From Candidatus Hydrogenedentota bacterium (GTDB lineage Bacteria > Hydrogenedentota > Hydrogenedentia > Hydrogenedentales > SLHB01), in assembly GCA_003557825.1 (NCBI GenBank), contig PWNM01000210.1, positions 1 to 41,616 on the forward strand: DNA of 41,616 bases, written 5' to 3'. The notes under the pieces are model-generated. The model was not told the origin of the DNA. It searched no databases and saw only the letters and a program-made list of their open reading frames with translations. Position 1 is the first letter of the stretch; every line of letters starts with the position of its first letter. The position numbers and the translations under genes were made by a program. This document shows, one piece after another, positions 9,169 to 17,195 of the stretch.

Positions 9169-9906
9169 ATGGCATTTACGACAACAGCCGCATATTACGA
9201 GGCCCTCGCAAACCCGTCGGGACGACTGGAACGCGAAGGGCCTTTTCTTAAGAGCATCCTCGAGCGGGCCCCGGGACCACGGGTACTGGACCTGGCCTGC
9301 GGAACGGGGGTACATACGCTATTTTTTGCCCAGGAAGGGGCCATGGTCACCGGGGCGGACATCAGCGCCGAGATGGTTGCCTTTGCTTCGGAGCACCGGC
9401 CTCACCGCGCCATACAGTACATCGTGGGCGATATGCGGAGCCTTCCCGATGGAACGTGGGATCTCATTATTTGCCTGGGGAACTCGCTGTCGCTATTGGA
9501 AAAGGACACCGACTTGCACGCGGTGTTCCGATCAGCGGCCGGGCATCTCGCTCCGGAAGGATTGCTGGTCACGCAGACACTAAATTACGCCCGACCGGCC
9601 GCAAGAGAACCCCGCCATCGAGTCGAACGAGGGGAATTCGAAGGCGCGGAAGTTACCGCCGTAAAAAGCCTTGTCCCCCACGGCGAACGGACGCTCCTCT
9701 CCCTCGCCTTTTTCGCGGACGATAGCGGGGCGATTGTCTCCCTAAGCGAAACGGCCATTCTGCGAAACTGGACCCCCGATGAGCTGAGGAATGCCGCCGA
9801 AACGGCGGGCCTCACAGTCGACGCCGTATACGGCGGTTACGATGGTTCGGCCTTTGATGGTGAGAAGTCGTCGGATGTCTTGCTGGTTGCGCAGAAACCG
9901 GCATAG
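9169..9906 (+). CDS. Class I SAM-dependent methyltransferase
   Basis: Motif I VLDLACGTGVHT. The start is moved to ATG 9169, which has AGGAG 8 nt upstream. It lies 42 nt after the nrfA stop on the same strand. Confidence 0.8.
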   Translation: MAFTTTAAYYEALANPSGRLEREGPFLKSILERAPGPRVLDLACGTGVHTLFFAQEGAMVTGADISAEMVAFASEHRPHRAIQYIVGDMRSLPDGTWDLIICLGNSLSLLEKDTDLHAVFRSAAGHLAPEGLLVTQTLNYARPAAREPRHRVERGEFEGAEVTAVKSLVPHGERTLLSLAFFADDSGAIVSLSETAILRNWTPDELRNAAETAGLTVDAVYGGYDGSAFDGEKSSDVLLVAQKPA

Positions 9907-9916
9907 GTCATTTCGA

Positions 9917-10009
9917 CTAGAACACGGCGGAAAGCAGCCCACCGAGAGCACCGTAAAACCCGGTAAACCATCCGGCCGCCAACAACACGAGCCAATACCA
10001 ACTACTCAT
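9917..10009 (-). CDS. Candidate 30-aa hydrophobic micro-protein (single TM helix)
   Basis: Hand-translated: MSSWYWLVLLAAGWFTGFYGALGGLLSAVF then TAG. GGGGGA lies 9 nt upstream of the ATG. It sits downstream of, and co-directional with, the adenosyltransferase gene. There is no homology evidence. Confidence 0.25.
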   Translation of the reverse strand: MSSWYWLVLLAAGWFTGFYGALGGLLSAVF

Positions 10010-10093
10010 TTTTTATTTCCCCCATTCGTTTTGATCGGTATGCATCCATCAGGCAGGAGCATTGCACGGCCGCGACCCTGGCCTCATCCGGTG

Positions 10094-10669
10094 TCATAGC
10101 ACCTTGTAGTCGACGACGTGATGCTCCCCGCCTTCGAGGTGGCGCGCCAGGATATAGAGATAGTCGCTCAGTCGATTGACGAAGACGAGGGGCGCATCCA
10201 AGTTGCTTTCGGGATAAGCCTCTTTGAGTCGCACGAGCGCCCGTTCGAACCGTCGCGCCACAGTACAGGCCACATCAACCTGGGCCGATTCGCGATTCGC
10301 AGCGGAAGCGATAAAGGCGGACGGTAAGGTGACGATTTCCTCGAGCCGGGCTTGCTCCTCTTCAATGCGGGTTACATGGCGAGGCTCAATCGTAACGGCG
10401 TGAAACTCCGGCTTGCGTTGTACCGGATCGCTGCATTGGGCCCCCAAGGCAAAGCAGGCGTTTAGCAACCACGCCAAAAAGGCGGCTTGCTGCTCTTCGG
10501 GATCCCCCCGGCACTCGATGATTTCCAGACGGGCCAGCGCCAATTGGGCCCGCAGTTCGTCCAACGTGCCGACGCATTCCATGATGGGGTGGCTTTTGGG
10601 GAATGAACCGCCGCTGAGCGCGGTAGATTCGCCGCGGTCTCCTCGTTTGGTGGTAACTTGCGAACGCAT
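10094..10669 (-). CDS. PduO-type ATP:cob(I)alamin adenosyltransferase
   Basis: The start is moved to ATG 10669 (MRSQVTTKRGDRGESTAL). The TKxGDxGxT N-terminal ATP-binding motif and the helical-bundle remainder are typical of the PduO/MMAB family. AAAGGAG lies upstream. Confidence 0.85.
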   Translation of the reverse strand: MRSQVTTKRGDRGESTALSGGSFPKSHPIMECVGTLDELRAQLALARLEIIECRGDPEEQQAAFLAWLLNACFALGAQCSDPVQRKPEFHAVTIEPRHVTRIEEEQARLEEIVTLPSAFIASAANRESAQVDVACTVARRFERALVRLKEAYPESNLDAPLVFVNRLSDYLYILARHLEGGEHHVVDYKVL

Positions 10670-10717
10670 GACGCTCCTTTCATTATGAGTGGGTGGTATG
10701 TCCAAATCGGCTTACAT

Positions 10718-11485
10718 TCACTGGATATGCAACGCTATCGGGCAATGATCCGAGCCCATGACATCGGAAAGTATCTGGCTTTTTTGGACTCGCGGCAAGA
10801 AAGCTTCATCAACACAATGGTAATCCAGCCGCCAGCCGATATTCCGCTCCCGAGCCCGCGTCCGATAGGACCACCACGTATAGTGCCCGGGTTCACCAGG
10901 ATGAAAGTGGCGAAAGCTATCGATAAAGCCGGTCTCCAGGAACGCGTCCATGGCAGCGCACTCTTCGACGTAGAACCCCGGATTATCGCGGTTCTCCTTT
11001 GGCCGCGCCAAATCGATTTCTTTGTGGGATACATTAAAATCGCCGCAGACGATCACATGCCGCCCATGGCCACGATAGCGTCGACAGGCACTTGAAACAG
11101 CATCGAAAAACATCAATTTGTAGTCAAGCCGCTTCCGTTCCGGTTGGCTGTTCGGGAAATAGGCGTTGATCAGGACAAATTCGGGGAATATTAAGGCCTG
11201 GTATCGGCCCTCTTCGTCAAACTCGGGGACATCCAGGGATTCGACCTCCTCTGGCGGGTTGTCCGACTTATAATAGGTAGCAACGCCGCTATACCCTCGT
11301 CGCTTGGCGGAATGCCAGACGGATTTGTATCCCGACGGTTCACGTAAGGCAGGTTCGACCTGATCGCGATGGGCCTTGGTTTCCTGCACGCAAAGCACAT
11401 CGGGTTGGGTCTGCTCGAACCATTCAACAAAGCCTTTTTGCCCTATGGCACGAATCCCATTCACATTCCACGAGAACAATCTCAT
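10718..11485 (-). CDS. xth: Exodeoxyribonuclease III (AP endonuclease, ExoIII/APE1 family)
   Basis: The start is moved to ATG 11485 (MRLFSWNVNGIRA). Also present: LCVQETK, WWSYR and a C-terminal GSDHCPI. AGGAG RBS. Confidence 0.9.
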   Translation of the reverse strand: MRLFSWNVNGIRAIGQKGFVEWFEQTQPDVLCVQETKAHRDQVEPALREPSGYKSVWHSAKRRGYSGVATYYKSDNPPEEVESLDVPEFDEEGRYQALIFPEFVLINAYFPNSQPERKRLDYKLMFFDAVSSACRRYRGHGRHVIVCGDFNVSHKEIDLARPKENRDNPGFYVEECAAMDAFLETGFIDSFRHFHPGEPGHYTWWSYRTRARERNIGWRLDYHCVDEAFLPRVQKSQILSDVMGSDHCPIALHIQ

Positions 11486-11668
11486 TGACACGCTCCTGTT
11501 CCATAATTGGCGGTAAGGCGGCATAGTATCGAATCACGCCAGGACAGGGCGAATAACAGCCGAAGTACTCATATGATTCCTTCATGGTAAACTTGCCCCG
11601 CGTGTATTTTTTCTGACACGATTATGCGTTACTGTGCCTTGACGGCGCGGAAGGAGAATCGAACACCT

Positions 11669-12568
11669 ATGCCGGTCTGCATACAAACGGCCAATCTTAC
11701 TAAATGCTACGGCTCCGTGGTTGCTGTCAGCGGGTTGTCCCTCGACATTCAGATGGGGGAAGTCGTTGGCCTGTTGGGCGCGAACGGCGCAGGTAAGAGC
11801 ACAACCTTGTACATGCTGGCGGGCTTGGCTCCCCCCACCTCGGGTACGGTTAGCCTCTTCGGCAAAGACATTTGTCGGAACTTCCTTCAGATTGCCCCCC
11901 GTATGGGCGTGTTGACGGAGCGCCCCTCCTTTTTTGACTATCTGACCGCTCGACGAAACCTGATGGTATTGGCGGATCTGGCCGGCAAGGAAATCACCGT
12001 TGACCGGGCCTTGGACCGGGTGGGATTGCTGCAAGCCGCGGGTCGGCGCGTAGGGACTTTTTCACTGGGCATGCGTCAACGGCTCGGATTGGCCCAGGCG
12101 CTGCTTACCGAACCGGAACTGCTACTGTTGGATGAGCCGACCAGCGGACTCGACCCCGAAAGTACGCAGGATATCCTGGCGTTGCTTCGGCGCTTGTCCA
12201 ATGAAGCGAATGTAACCATCGTTTTCTCGAGCCATATGCTGCATGAGGTGGAAAATCTGGCGGATCGGGTGGCGATCCTGAACAAGGGCCGTCTGCTTGC
12301 CATCGAGCCGACGGAAAAACTGCTCTCGTGGGACCTGAGCCGCGTCGAGTTGTTGGTTGATGCCCCCGACACGGTCGCCAAACGCCTGCTCGAACAGACT
12401 TGGATTACAGAAGCCACGGCGCTGAGCGGGCGGGTCGAAGTGGTGCTCAATGATGCAACGGTGCATCAACTTGCCGGCTTTCTACTTGGTTCCGGATTTG
12501 TGGTCTCGGGGATAATCCCCCGCCGACGAACCCTGCAGGACTACTTCATCAAGGTGTTGAACTCATGA
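11669..12568 (+). CDS. ABC transporter ATP-binding protein (ABC-2 exporter type)
   Basis: The start is at ATG 11669, after GGAAGGAG. Motifs: Walker A GANGAGKST, signature FSLGMRQR, Walker B LLLLDEPTSGLD, H-loop SSHML. The stop overlaps the next start (ATGA at 12565-12568). Confidence 0.9.
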   Translation: MPVCIQTANLTKCYGSVVAVSGLSLDIQMGEVVGLLGANGAGKSTTLYMLAGLAPPTSGTVSLFGKDICRNFLQIAPRMGVLTERPSFFDYLTARRNLMVLADLAGKEITVDRALDRVGLLQAAGRRVGTFSLGMRQRLGLAQALLTEPELLLLDEPTSGLDPESTQDILALLRRLSNEANVTIVFSSHMLHEVENLADRVAILNKGRLLAIEPTEKLLSWDLSRVELLVDAPDTVAKRLLEQTWITEATALSGRVEVVLNDATVHQLAGFLLGSGFVVSGIIPRRRTLQDYFIKVLNS

Positions 12569-13356
12569 TACGCCGCATCTGGGTCGCCTATCGTCTCGAG
12601 CTAAGCAAAGCACTGCGAATGAAACTGGCCTATGCCGGGCCTATTCTGGCGTTGCTCATCGTGGTTTCCATGACCCAGGTTCATCCTGTTTTTCAAGACA
12701 GCCGGACCGGCTACAGCTTTATTGCCGATGCCACTGCGGTGACGTTGAACCTGTTCGGACTACTGGTTGTATTGATGTATAGCGCCATGTTGCTTGCTTC
12801 GGAGTTTAACTCAGGCGTAATTCGCACGATTGCCGTGCGACCGATCCTACGCAGGGAATATGTCATCGCCAAAATGCTGCACGGAATGACCTATGCCGTC
12901 CTGCTCACCGCGGTGGTGGGGGGAGGCAGTTGGGGCGTCGCATTGGCATCGGGTTCGCTGACCGGCGTGACGTTTGGCGGTGAGCTCATCTATGCGAACA
13001 GCGAAATGGCGTACACCTACCTGCTGGGCGCGGCGATGGGATTACTGCCCCAATTCGCGGCCGTGGCGTACGCCGTGATGATCTCGACGCTGAGCCGTAG
13101 CCCCGGTTCGGCGATAGGGGTTACCGTGGCACTGTGGTTTGTTGTGGATCTCGTCAAGTATCCGCTGCGTATTGCGCCGTTTCTATTTTCCACCTATATC
13201 GAGTACCCTTGGCAGCCGTTTCTTGATCGAGCAGACGGCCTCGAGGCCCGATGGTTTCCTCAGGGCTATTATTGCATCGGGACCTCGGTGGCGGCGTTTA
13301 TTTTATTCACGGCCGTTGCAGTCATCGTGATGAACCGAAGGAACCTGCAACGATGA
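12565..13356 (+). CDS. ABC-2 family transporter permease
   Basis: 263 aa with about six hydrophobic segments. The ABC-2-typical loop SEFNSGVIRTIAVRPILRREYVIAKM is present. It is overlap-coupled to both neighbours. Confidence 0.8.
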   Translation: MIRRIWVAYRLELSKALRMKLAYAGPILALLIVVSMTQVHPVFQDSRTGYSFIADATAVTLNLFGLLVVLMYSAMLLASEFNSGVIRTIAVRPILRREYVIAKMLHGMTYAVLLTAVVGGGSWGVALASGSLTGVTFGGELIYANSEMAYTYLLGAAMGLLPQFAAVAYAVMISTLSRSPGSAIGVTVALWFVVDLVKYPLRIAPFLFSTYIEYPWQPFLDRADGLEARWFPQGYYCIGTSVAAFILFTAVAVIVMNRRNLQR

Positions 13357-14861
13357 TGGCCTTGGTCGCACTTATCGCGCAGGGGGCCTTCTTTTTTGTC
13401 GAAGCGGAAGCGCCCGGTATCCAGGTAAGCGGAGTTAACAGCTTAACCGGCGAGCCCACGGTCAATTTCCGCCATGCCGACGTCAACGGCAATGGGCTGC
13501 CCGATCTGGTTTTCGGCGACCGGGTCATCTTCCAGACCCCCGACGGTTTTGCGACAGAACCCCTACCTTTGCCGGAACCCAGGGCGGCCAGTTTGGTGGA
13601 TGTGTGGGAAAACGCCGTATACCGCCTCTTTCCTGACCGGCTGGAACGCCTGGAATGGGATGAGGGGGACTGGAACCGAACCGAATTTGCATTGGATACC
13701 GGGATCGCGCCAAAAGGAGGCGGGGCCTATTCCCTATCGGATCGGAGGAGGACAGCGCCCCCCCAGCTCTCGCGCTTCCTCCATGACATCGCCCAAGACG
13801 GTATCCCTGCAGTAGTGACAGCCGACGAAAAAGGCATTCGCATCTATGCATTGGGCAGCTCCTCGCCCTACGCGGATTATAAATCCGTAGCATATCATGC
13901 TGTTTTTCCCGCCATACGGCCGGCCAGGCCAACCACGCCGAACCTGTGGCCCCCCGAAGCGCGGGAGGTTGTCCTGCCTGCCACGGAAATGTCGTGCCGG
14001 TTCTATCTCGATGGTCCCCGCCTGACCGTGATCGATAGGGAATCCCTCCCTGATCAGACGGCCGTGTTTCGCATAACCCGTTATCGAATCGACTCCGACA
14101 ACGGATATGCTTTCGATCCGGAGTACACCCAGGAATTTGTTACAGAGCCGTTGCCGGACCACCTGCAACCGTGCCGATTGACCGACAACGACCTGGTGAG
14201 CTTCGCTGGAGGGGAATGGACCCTGAGCCGCGACTCGATGGTACCGTCCCCCGTTTTCGAGACCTCGGTGACTACGGACGGCGGGCACACGATACAGCAT
14301 GTGCGCACGCGGTCGTTCCGGCCGCTATGCCTTTTCGTGGATTTCAATGGAAACGGTCGACGGGATTTGATCGCCGAAACAACAGGGCTTGCCGAAGGAG
14401 GCCTTCGAGAGACGGTAACCAGGTTTACAACACAGCATTCCGTTCGACATGGGGTACAGGTGCACTTGCAGGCTCCAGATGGGACCTTTCCCCCCCGTCC
14501 CGATATTCAAGGACAGTTCAACATCCAGATCGAACACCCGCCGCTGCAATCAGGTGAGCTTTACCACCGATATCAATCGGGAGAACTGGTCAACCTATCC
14601 GGGGATTTCAGCGGAGATGGCTTCCGCGATCTCGTCATTCAAGAACGACCTGACCGATTGGCCATCTATCGGGGAAGCGCCTCAGGGTTCTCATCGAGAC
14701 CCTTTCTGACCCTGCCCATGGAACCGGGCTGGCGTTTTTCCGTAGCAGACATCGACGGGGACGGACTCAGCGACATCATCGTACGATTCGCAGACGCCGA
14801 GGCCGGTCCGGAAGGCGAAGGGAAATACCTGTTTCTGACCCGGTCGGAGGATCGGTCGTGA
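13353..14861 (+). CDS. FG-GAP/VCBS repeat (beta-propeller-type) protein, secreted
   Basis: The start is at ATG 13353 (ATGA overlap with the permease stop). The N-terminus MMALVALIAQGAFFFVEAEA is signal-like. Ca-binding-type loops: DVNGNGLPD, DFNGNGRRD, DFSGDGFRD and DIDGDGLSD. Confidence 0.7.
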   Translation: MMALVALIAQGAFFFVEAEAPGIQVSGVNSLTGEPTVNFRHADVNGNGLPDLVFGDRVIFQTPDGFATEPLPLPEPRAASLVDVWENAVYRLFPDRLERLEWDEGDWNRTEFALDTGIAPKGGGAYSLSDRRRTAPPQLSRFLHDIAQDGIPAVVTADEKGIRIYALGSSSPYADYKSVAYHAVFPAIRPARPTTPNLWPPEAREVVLPATEMSCRFYLDGPRLTVIDRESLPDQTAVFRITRYRIDSDNGYAFDPEYTQEFVTEPLPDHLQPCRLTDNDLVSFAGGEWTLSRDSMVPSPVFETSVTTDGGHTIQHVRTRSFRPLCLFVDFNGNGRRDLIAETTGLAEGGLRETVTRFTTQHSVRHGVQVHLQAPDGTFPPRPDIQGQFNIQIEHPPLQSGELYHRYQSGELVNLSGDFSGDGFRDLVIQERPDRLAIYRGSASGFSSRPFLTLPMEPGWRFSVADIDGDGLSDIIVRFADAEAGPEGEGKYLFLTRSEDRS

Positions 14862-16243
14862 CCGGAATCCTGATGACCGCTTTTGCAGCGTTGGGAATAT
14901 TTGAGCCCCATACCATCCCCGATGTGGGACCGGAAGCACTGGTGTTTCCCGCACGGACTAGGGCCGAAGGCCCGGCGGACTTGTTCATCTTAGAGGACCA
15001 CAAATTGCGGATTTACTCCGCCGATGGAGGTCCAGCACGAACGGTCCATTTACCCCAATGCGCATCGGCATTTGACGTCGGCGCGGCTCAAGACGATCGC
15101 GATAGGGATTTGATTGTCGTTCACGGCGACAAGATCCTGCAATACAGCATGTCGGACGAAAGCGCCTCGCCTGTCGAGCTGTTCACTATGGAAACGATCT
15201 TTTCCCCTCCGGCCGCACAACCGCATCCCTATGTCCTGACAACAACGATGGATGATAGGACCCTGTTGGCCCTGCCAACGGATGATGCTCTCGAACTCCG
15301 GCGATTTAACGGCGAACTGGAGGCCCGGTTTCCCCTGACCAACCAAGCTCACCCGTCCTTTGGGCCCTCCTTCTCCGCTTGGCCCGTCGAGCCGGTCCAG
15401 ACGGCGCCCGCAGGCGGATTCGAGATGCGCGTGTCGCATGTGTACGAAAAGACTGTAGAGCTTCCGGAAACCATGAAGCATCAACCTCGTCAGGAACGAC
15501 CCTATCGCCGGGTAACCCCTTCGCAGATGACCCAAATAGCCGACTTGGGACCGGAAAGTTGGCCGTGGTTTCCATTGCGTGCCGATGGAGACGATAGCAT
15601 CCGCGTGTTGTATGCTCCTGCCCAGCCCGACTTGAGCGATACGCTAATCCGGCTTCGCCATGCTCCAACGGACGAAGACGATCAAACAGGAGTGACCCTT
15701 TTACCGGCTCGGCGGTATCCCGGACGACTGATGGATCCGTCCATGGATATGCCCGATTTCAATGGGAATGGGTATGTCGATCTATTGCTGTGGTCCGCGC
15801 CAAAACCGACAAGCTCGATTGATTCCATTGTCCGCACACTCATCGGACGCACGTGGCCCATCCGTATCACCGTTCATCATTACGACCCGATTCGCGAACG
15901 GCATGAACCTACGCCAAGCGCGATCATTACGTGCCGGTTGCCTGTTTTGTGGATGATGATTCACGAAGACGGAACACCTCTGCGCAACGTGGTTTTGCAG
16001 GACTTCACGGGTGATGGGCGTACGGACTGCGCCTGGAGCTGCGACGAGCACACGTTTCAGGTATGGCGGAGTCGTGAAACCGGGTTCTCGGACCGTCCTG
16101 ACCGGACCTATGAATTCCCCGAACCGGGCATGCGCATCGAGCAACGCGTGGACTTCGATGGCTTGGGCAGAACCAGTTTGGTATTTCGTGGGGAGACCAC
16201 GGTGCTATGGCTTTACGCTAAGCCCGACGAAACAGGACAATAG
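14858..16243 (+). CDS. FG-GAP/VCBS repeat protein, paralogous in layout to the preceding gene
   Basis: GTG 14858 overlaps the upstream stop (GTGA). ATG 14873 is an alternative start. Loops DFNGNGYVD, DFTGDGRTD and DFDGLGRTS occur in the same order as in the upstream protein. Confidence 0.65.
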   Translation: MTGILMTAFAALGIFEPHTIPDVGPEALVFPARTRAEGPADLFILEDHKLRIYSADGGPARTVHLPQCASAFDVGAAQDDRDRDLIVVHGDKILQYSMSDESASPVELFTMETIFSPPAAQPHPYVLTTTMDDRTLLALPTDDALELRRFNGELEARFPLTNQAHPSFGPSFSAWPVEPVQTAPAGGFEMRVSHVYEKTVELPETMKHQPRQERPYRRVTPSQMTQIADLGPESWPWFPLRADGDDSIRVLYAPAQPDLSDTLIRLRHAPTDEDDQTGVTLLPARRYPGRLMDPSMDMPDFNGNGYVDLLLWSAPKPTSSIDSIVRTLIGRTWPIRITVHHYDPIRERHEPTPSAIITCRLPVLWMMIHEDGTPLRNVVLQDFTGDGRTDCAWSCDEHTFQVWRSRETGFSDRPDRTYEFPEPGMRIEQRVDFDGLGRTSLVFRGETTVLWLYAKPDETGQ

Positions 16244-16270
16244 GGCCACGCAGATTTCCACATGTTACGG

Positions 16271-17116
16271 TTATATCCCCCCGTCAATCTGTTGCAACCG
16301 ACCGGCCACATCGCGTGAGACGGCCTCGGCGTCACCGGTACGACCCAGGCGACGAAGCAGGCGCGTTAATCGTAGTCCGGCCAGACGATATGATTCTACG
16401 GCGCTTTCTGAAAGGGCCCGATCAAGCTCAGCCGCGAAGGTAAGAACCCGGCGGTACGCCGTTTCGGCTCCACGGTCATCCTCCTCCATTTCGGCCAATG
16501 TCCCTTCGAGCACGGCCAACCGCATGCCCGGAGCTGTGGCGACGGGCGCCTGTTCAAACACATCCGCAATATAGGCGCGGGCCTCCTCGACCCGCTCCTC
16601 GCGTCGGAACAACATGGCTTGGGCATAGGCCACAGCGTGGCGGTCTCCGGCATTCTGAGCGGTTTCCTGAGCCGCCGCGATGGACTCCTCAGCGGATTCG
16701 GTCTCAGGGGGGTTCAATTTGAGATATTGCTCTGCCAAGGCGCTATAAAGACGGGACTCCACTTCCTCGCCGGGATCCTGGGCGAGATGGTCTTGAATAG
16801 CATCAATGGTTTCCATCGTATCGGCAGTAAGGAGCCTATCGAGGACCGCCTCACTGACATGAATGGTGAGATTGGCAAGTGCTCCGCCTGTTCCCGATGC
16901 GCCGTCTCCGGAAAGGGACGTATCCGAACGCTCCTGACTCTGGGAGACCATGGGTTGGACATTCTCGCGCATGGTCCCCGGCCGCGCGCGAAAACGTGTT
17001 CCTCCACCTCCGGCCGTGGATGTTCGCGTTCCCTCACGGCTTGCGTTTATCGCCAAAGCAAGAGAGGCGACAACGATAACCAACATGCCTATAAGAAACC
17101 AGTTTTGCCACTTCAT
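16271..17116 (-). CDS. Membrane-anchored helical-repeat (TPR-like) protein
   Basis: 281 aa with an N-terminal TM segment (WFLIGMLVIVVASLALAI), a low-complexity Gly/Ser/Thr linker, and an Ala/Glu/Leu/Arg-rich helical C-terminal half. It lies 79 nt downstream of the transglutaminase gene on the same strand. Confidence 0.55.
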   Translation of the reverse strand: MKWQNWFLIGMLVIVVASLALAINASREGTRTSTAGGGGTRFRARPGTMRENVQPMVSQSQERSDTSLSGDGASGTGGALANLTIHVSEAVLDRLLTADTMETIDAIQDHLAQDPGEEVESRLYSALAEQYLKLNPPETESAEESIAAAQETAQNAGDRHAVAYAQAMLFRREERVEEARAYIADVFEQAPVATAPGMRLAVLEGTLAEMEEDDRGAETAYRRVLTFAAELDRALSESAVESYRLAGLRLTRLLRRLGRTGDAEAVSRDVAGRLQQIDGGI

Positions 17117-17195
17117 AGTACTAATTTACCTGCTATTTACCCATTTTGCCAACTCGTGACGCCGCAATCCATGACAACTCAAGCAAATGAATGGA

